Shown here piece by piece: positions 34,919-35,787 of a DNA stretch of 35,787 nucleotides (position 1 is the first letter of the stretch; every line of letters starts with the position of its first letter). Position numbers and translations under genes: made by a program. A model generated the notes under the pieces. That model had not been told where the DNA came from and did not search any database. It saw only the letters and a list, made by a program, of their open reading frames with translations. The stretch comes from Gemmatimonadota bacterium (lineage in GTDB: Bacteria > Gemmatimonadota > Gemmatimonadetes > JACCXV01 > JAHWKZ01): NCBI GenBank assembly GCA_035698825.1, contig DASSBK010000221.1, forward strand, positions 1 through 35,787, read 5' to 3'.

Positions 34919-35787
34919 CCCTGCCTGCGGTACGCATCGGAACGCGGGGGAGCGCGCTCGCCATGGCCCAGGTGTCGCTGGTCGCCGGCCGGGTGCGCGA
35001 GCTCGGCTTCGAGGTCGAGGTGGTGACGATCCGCACGCAGGGCGACCGCGCCCGATCGGAGGGATCGATGATGCTGGAGAGGGGGGCGTTCGTGAAGGAC
35101 CTCGAGACGGCGCTTCTTCGCGGCGATGTGGATCTCGCCGTCCACAGCGCCAAGGACCTGCCGGTCGCGATCGCCGGCGGCACGGAGCTCGCCGCGTTCC
35201 CGCCGCGGGGGGACGCACGGGACGCGCTCGTGAGCCGGGGGGACGTCCCGCTGTCAGGCCTCCCATCGGGAGCGCGCGTGGGAACGGAGAGCCCCCGCCG
35301 GCAGGCGTTCGTGCGGATGGAGCGCCCCGATCTCGTCGTCGAACCGGTTCGCGGCAACGTCGACACGCGCCTTTCACGGCTGGACGCCGGTGAGCGCGAC
35401 GCGCTCATCGTCGCCGCTGCGGGCCTGGTGCGTCTCGGGCTCGCCGGCCGGATCGCCGAGACCTTCGCGTCCGACAGGATGGTTCCGGCGGTGGGACAGG
35501 GGGCGCTCGCCGTGCAGGCTCGCCTGGATGACCCGTGGGGCGCGCACGCCCGCCGGATCGACGACCGCCCCACGCGGATGGCGGTGATGGCCGAGCGCGC
35601 GTTCCTCGCGGCGATGGGCGGGGGTTGCCGCGCGCCGTTCGCGGCGCACGCCCGGTGGTCCGAAGGCCGGCTGACGATCGATGCCGCCGCGCTGAGGCCG
35701 GACGGTGGCGCGATCCTGCGCGACCGGCTGACGGGGTCCGAGGAGGAGGCGGCAGCGCTCGGCGAGCGCGCCGCGGAGCTCCTCCTG
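34915..35787 (+). CDS. hemC: Hydroxymethylbilane synthase (porphobilinogen deaminase), 3'-truncated
   Basis: Translated by hand: MTLPAVRIGTRGSALAMAQ, TQGD, FVKDLE, AVHSAKDLP, RGNVDTRL, PAVGQGAL, AERAFL..MGGGC. ATGA overlap with hemA; runs off the window end. Confidence 0.95.
   Translation, partial: MTLPAVRIGTRGSALAMAQVSLVAGRVRELGFEVEVVTIRTQGDRARSEGSMMLERGAFVKDLETALLRGDVDLAVHSAKDLPVAIAGGTELAAFPPRGDARDALVSRGDVPLSGLPSGARVGTESPRRQAFVRMERPDLVVEPVRGNVDTRLSRLDAGERDALIVAAAGLVRLGLAGRIAETFASDRMVPAVGQGALAVQARLDDPWGAHARRIDDRPTRMAVMAERAFLAAMGGGCRAPFAAHARWSEGRLTIDAAALRPDGGAILRDRLTGSEEEAAALGERAAELLL

Overview
High-GC bacterial DNA, densely coding; the gene style suggests Gemmatimonadota or a similar lineage, but this is a weak inference. 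Positions 1-11984 hold mixed metabolic genes: a 5'-truncated S8 protease with two PKD/jelly-roll repeats, a recQ-argE-like-hutF-like operon, a PaaK-like ligase, an aldo/keto reductase, a cyclase-family hydrolase and small exported proteins. Positions 11977-27107 (+) hold an unusual, mostly translationally coupled respiratory and cofactor cluster. It runs: ferredoxin, Mrp/ApbC ATPase, Zn-ribbon protein, large USP protein, NirJ/Ahb-like radical SAM enzyme, CydA-like 'bd-like' membrane protein without CydB, three c-type cytochromes (5 CxxCH in total, one fused to an EbdC-like domain), a cupredoxin-like lipoprotein and an A1-type cytochrome c oxidase. The Zn-ribbon, USP and radical SAM proteins share four copies of a BchB-C-terminal-like ('PCP_red') module. 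A second, caa3-type oxidase operon converges on this cluster from the minus strand. A TPR protein, tRNA-Asp(GTC), hemA and a 3'-truncated hemC follow. Two diverged copies of a ~120-bp hairpin element with compensatory base changes lie just after stop codons, at 2742 and 26249. All family assignments come from motif recognition by eye, not database searches.
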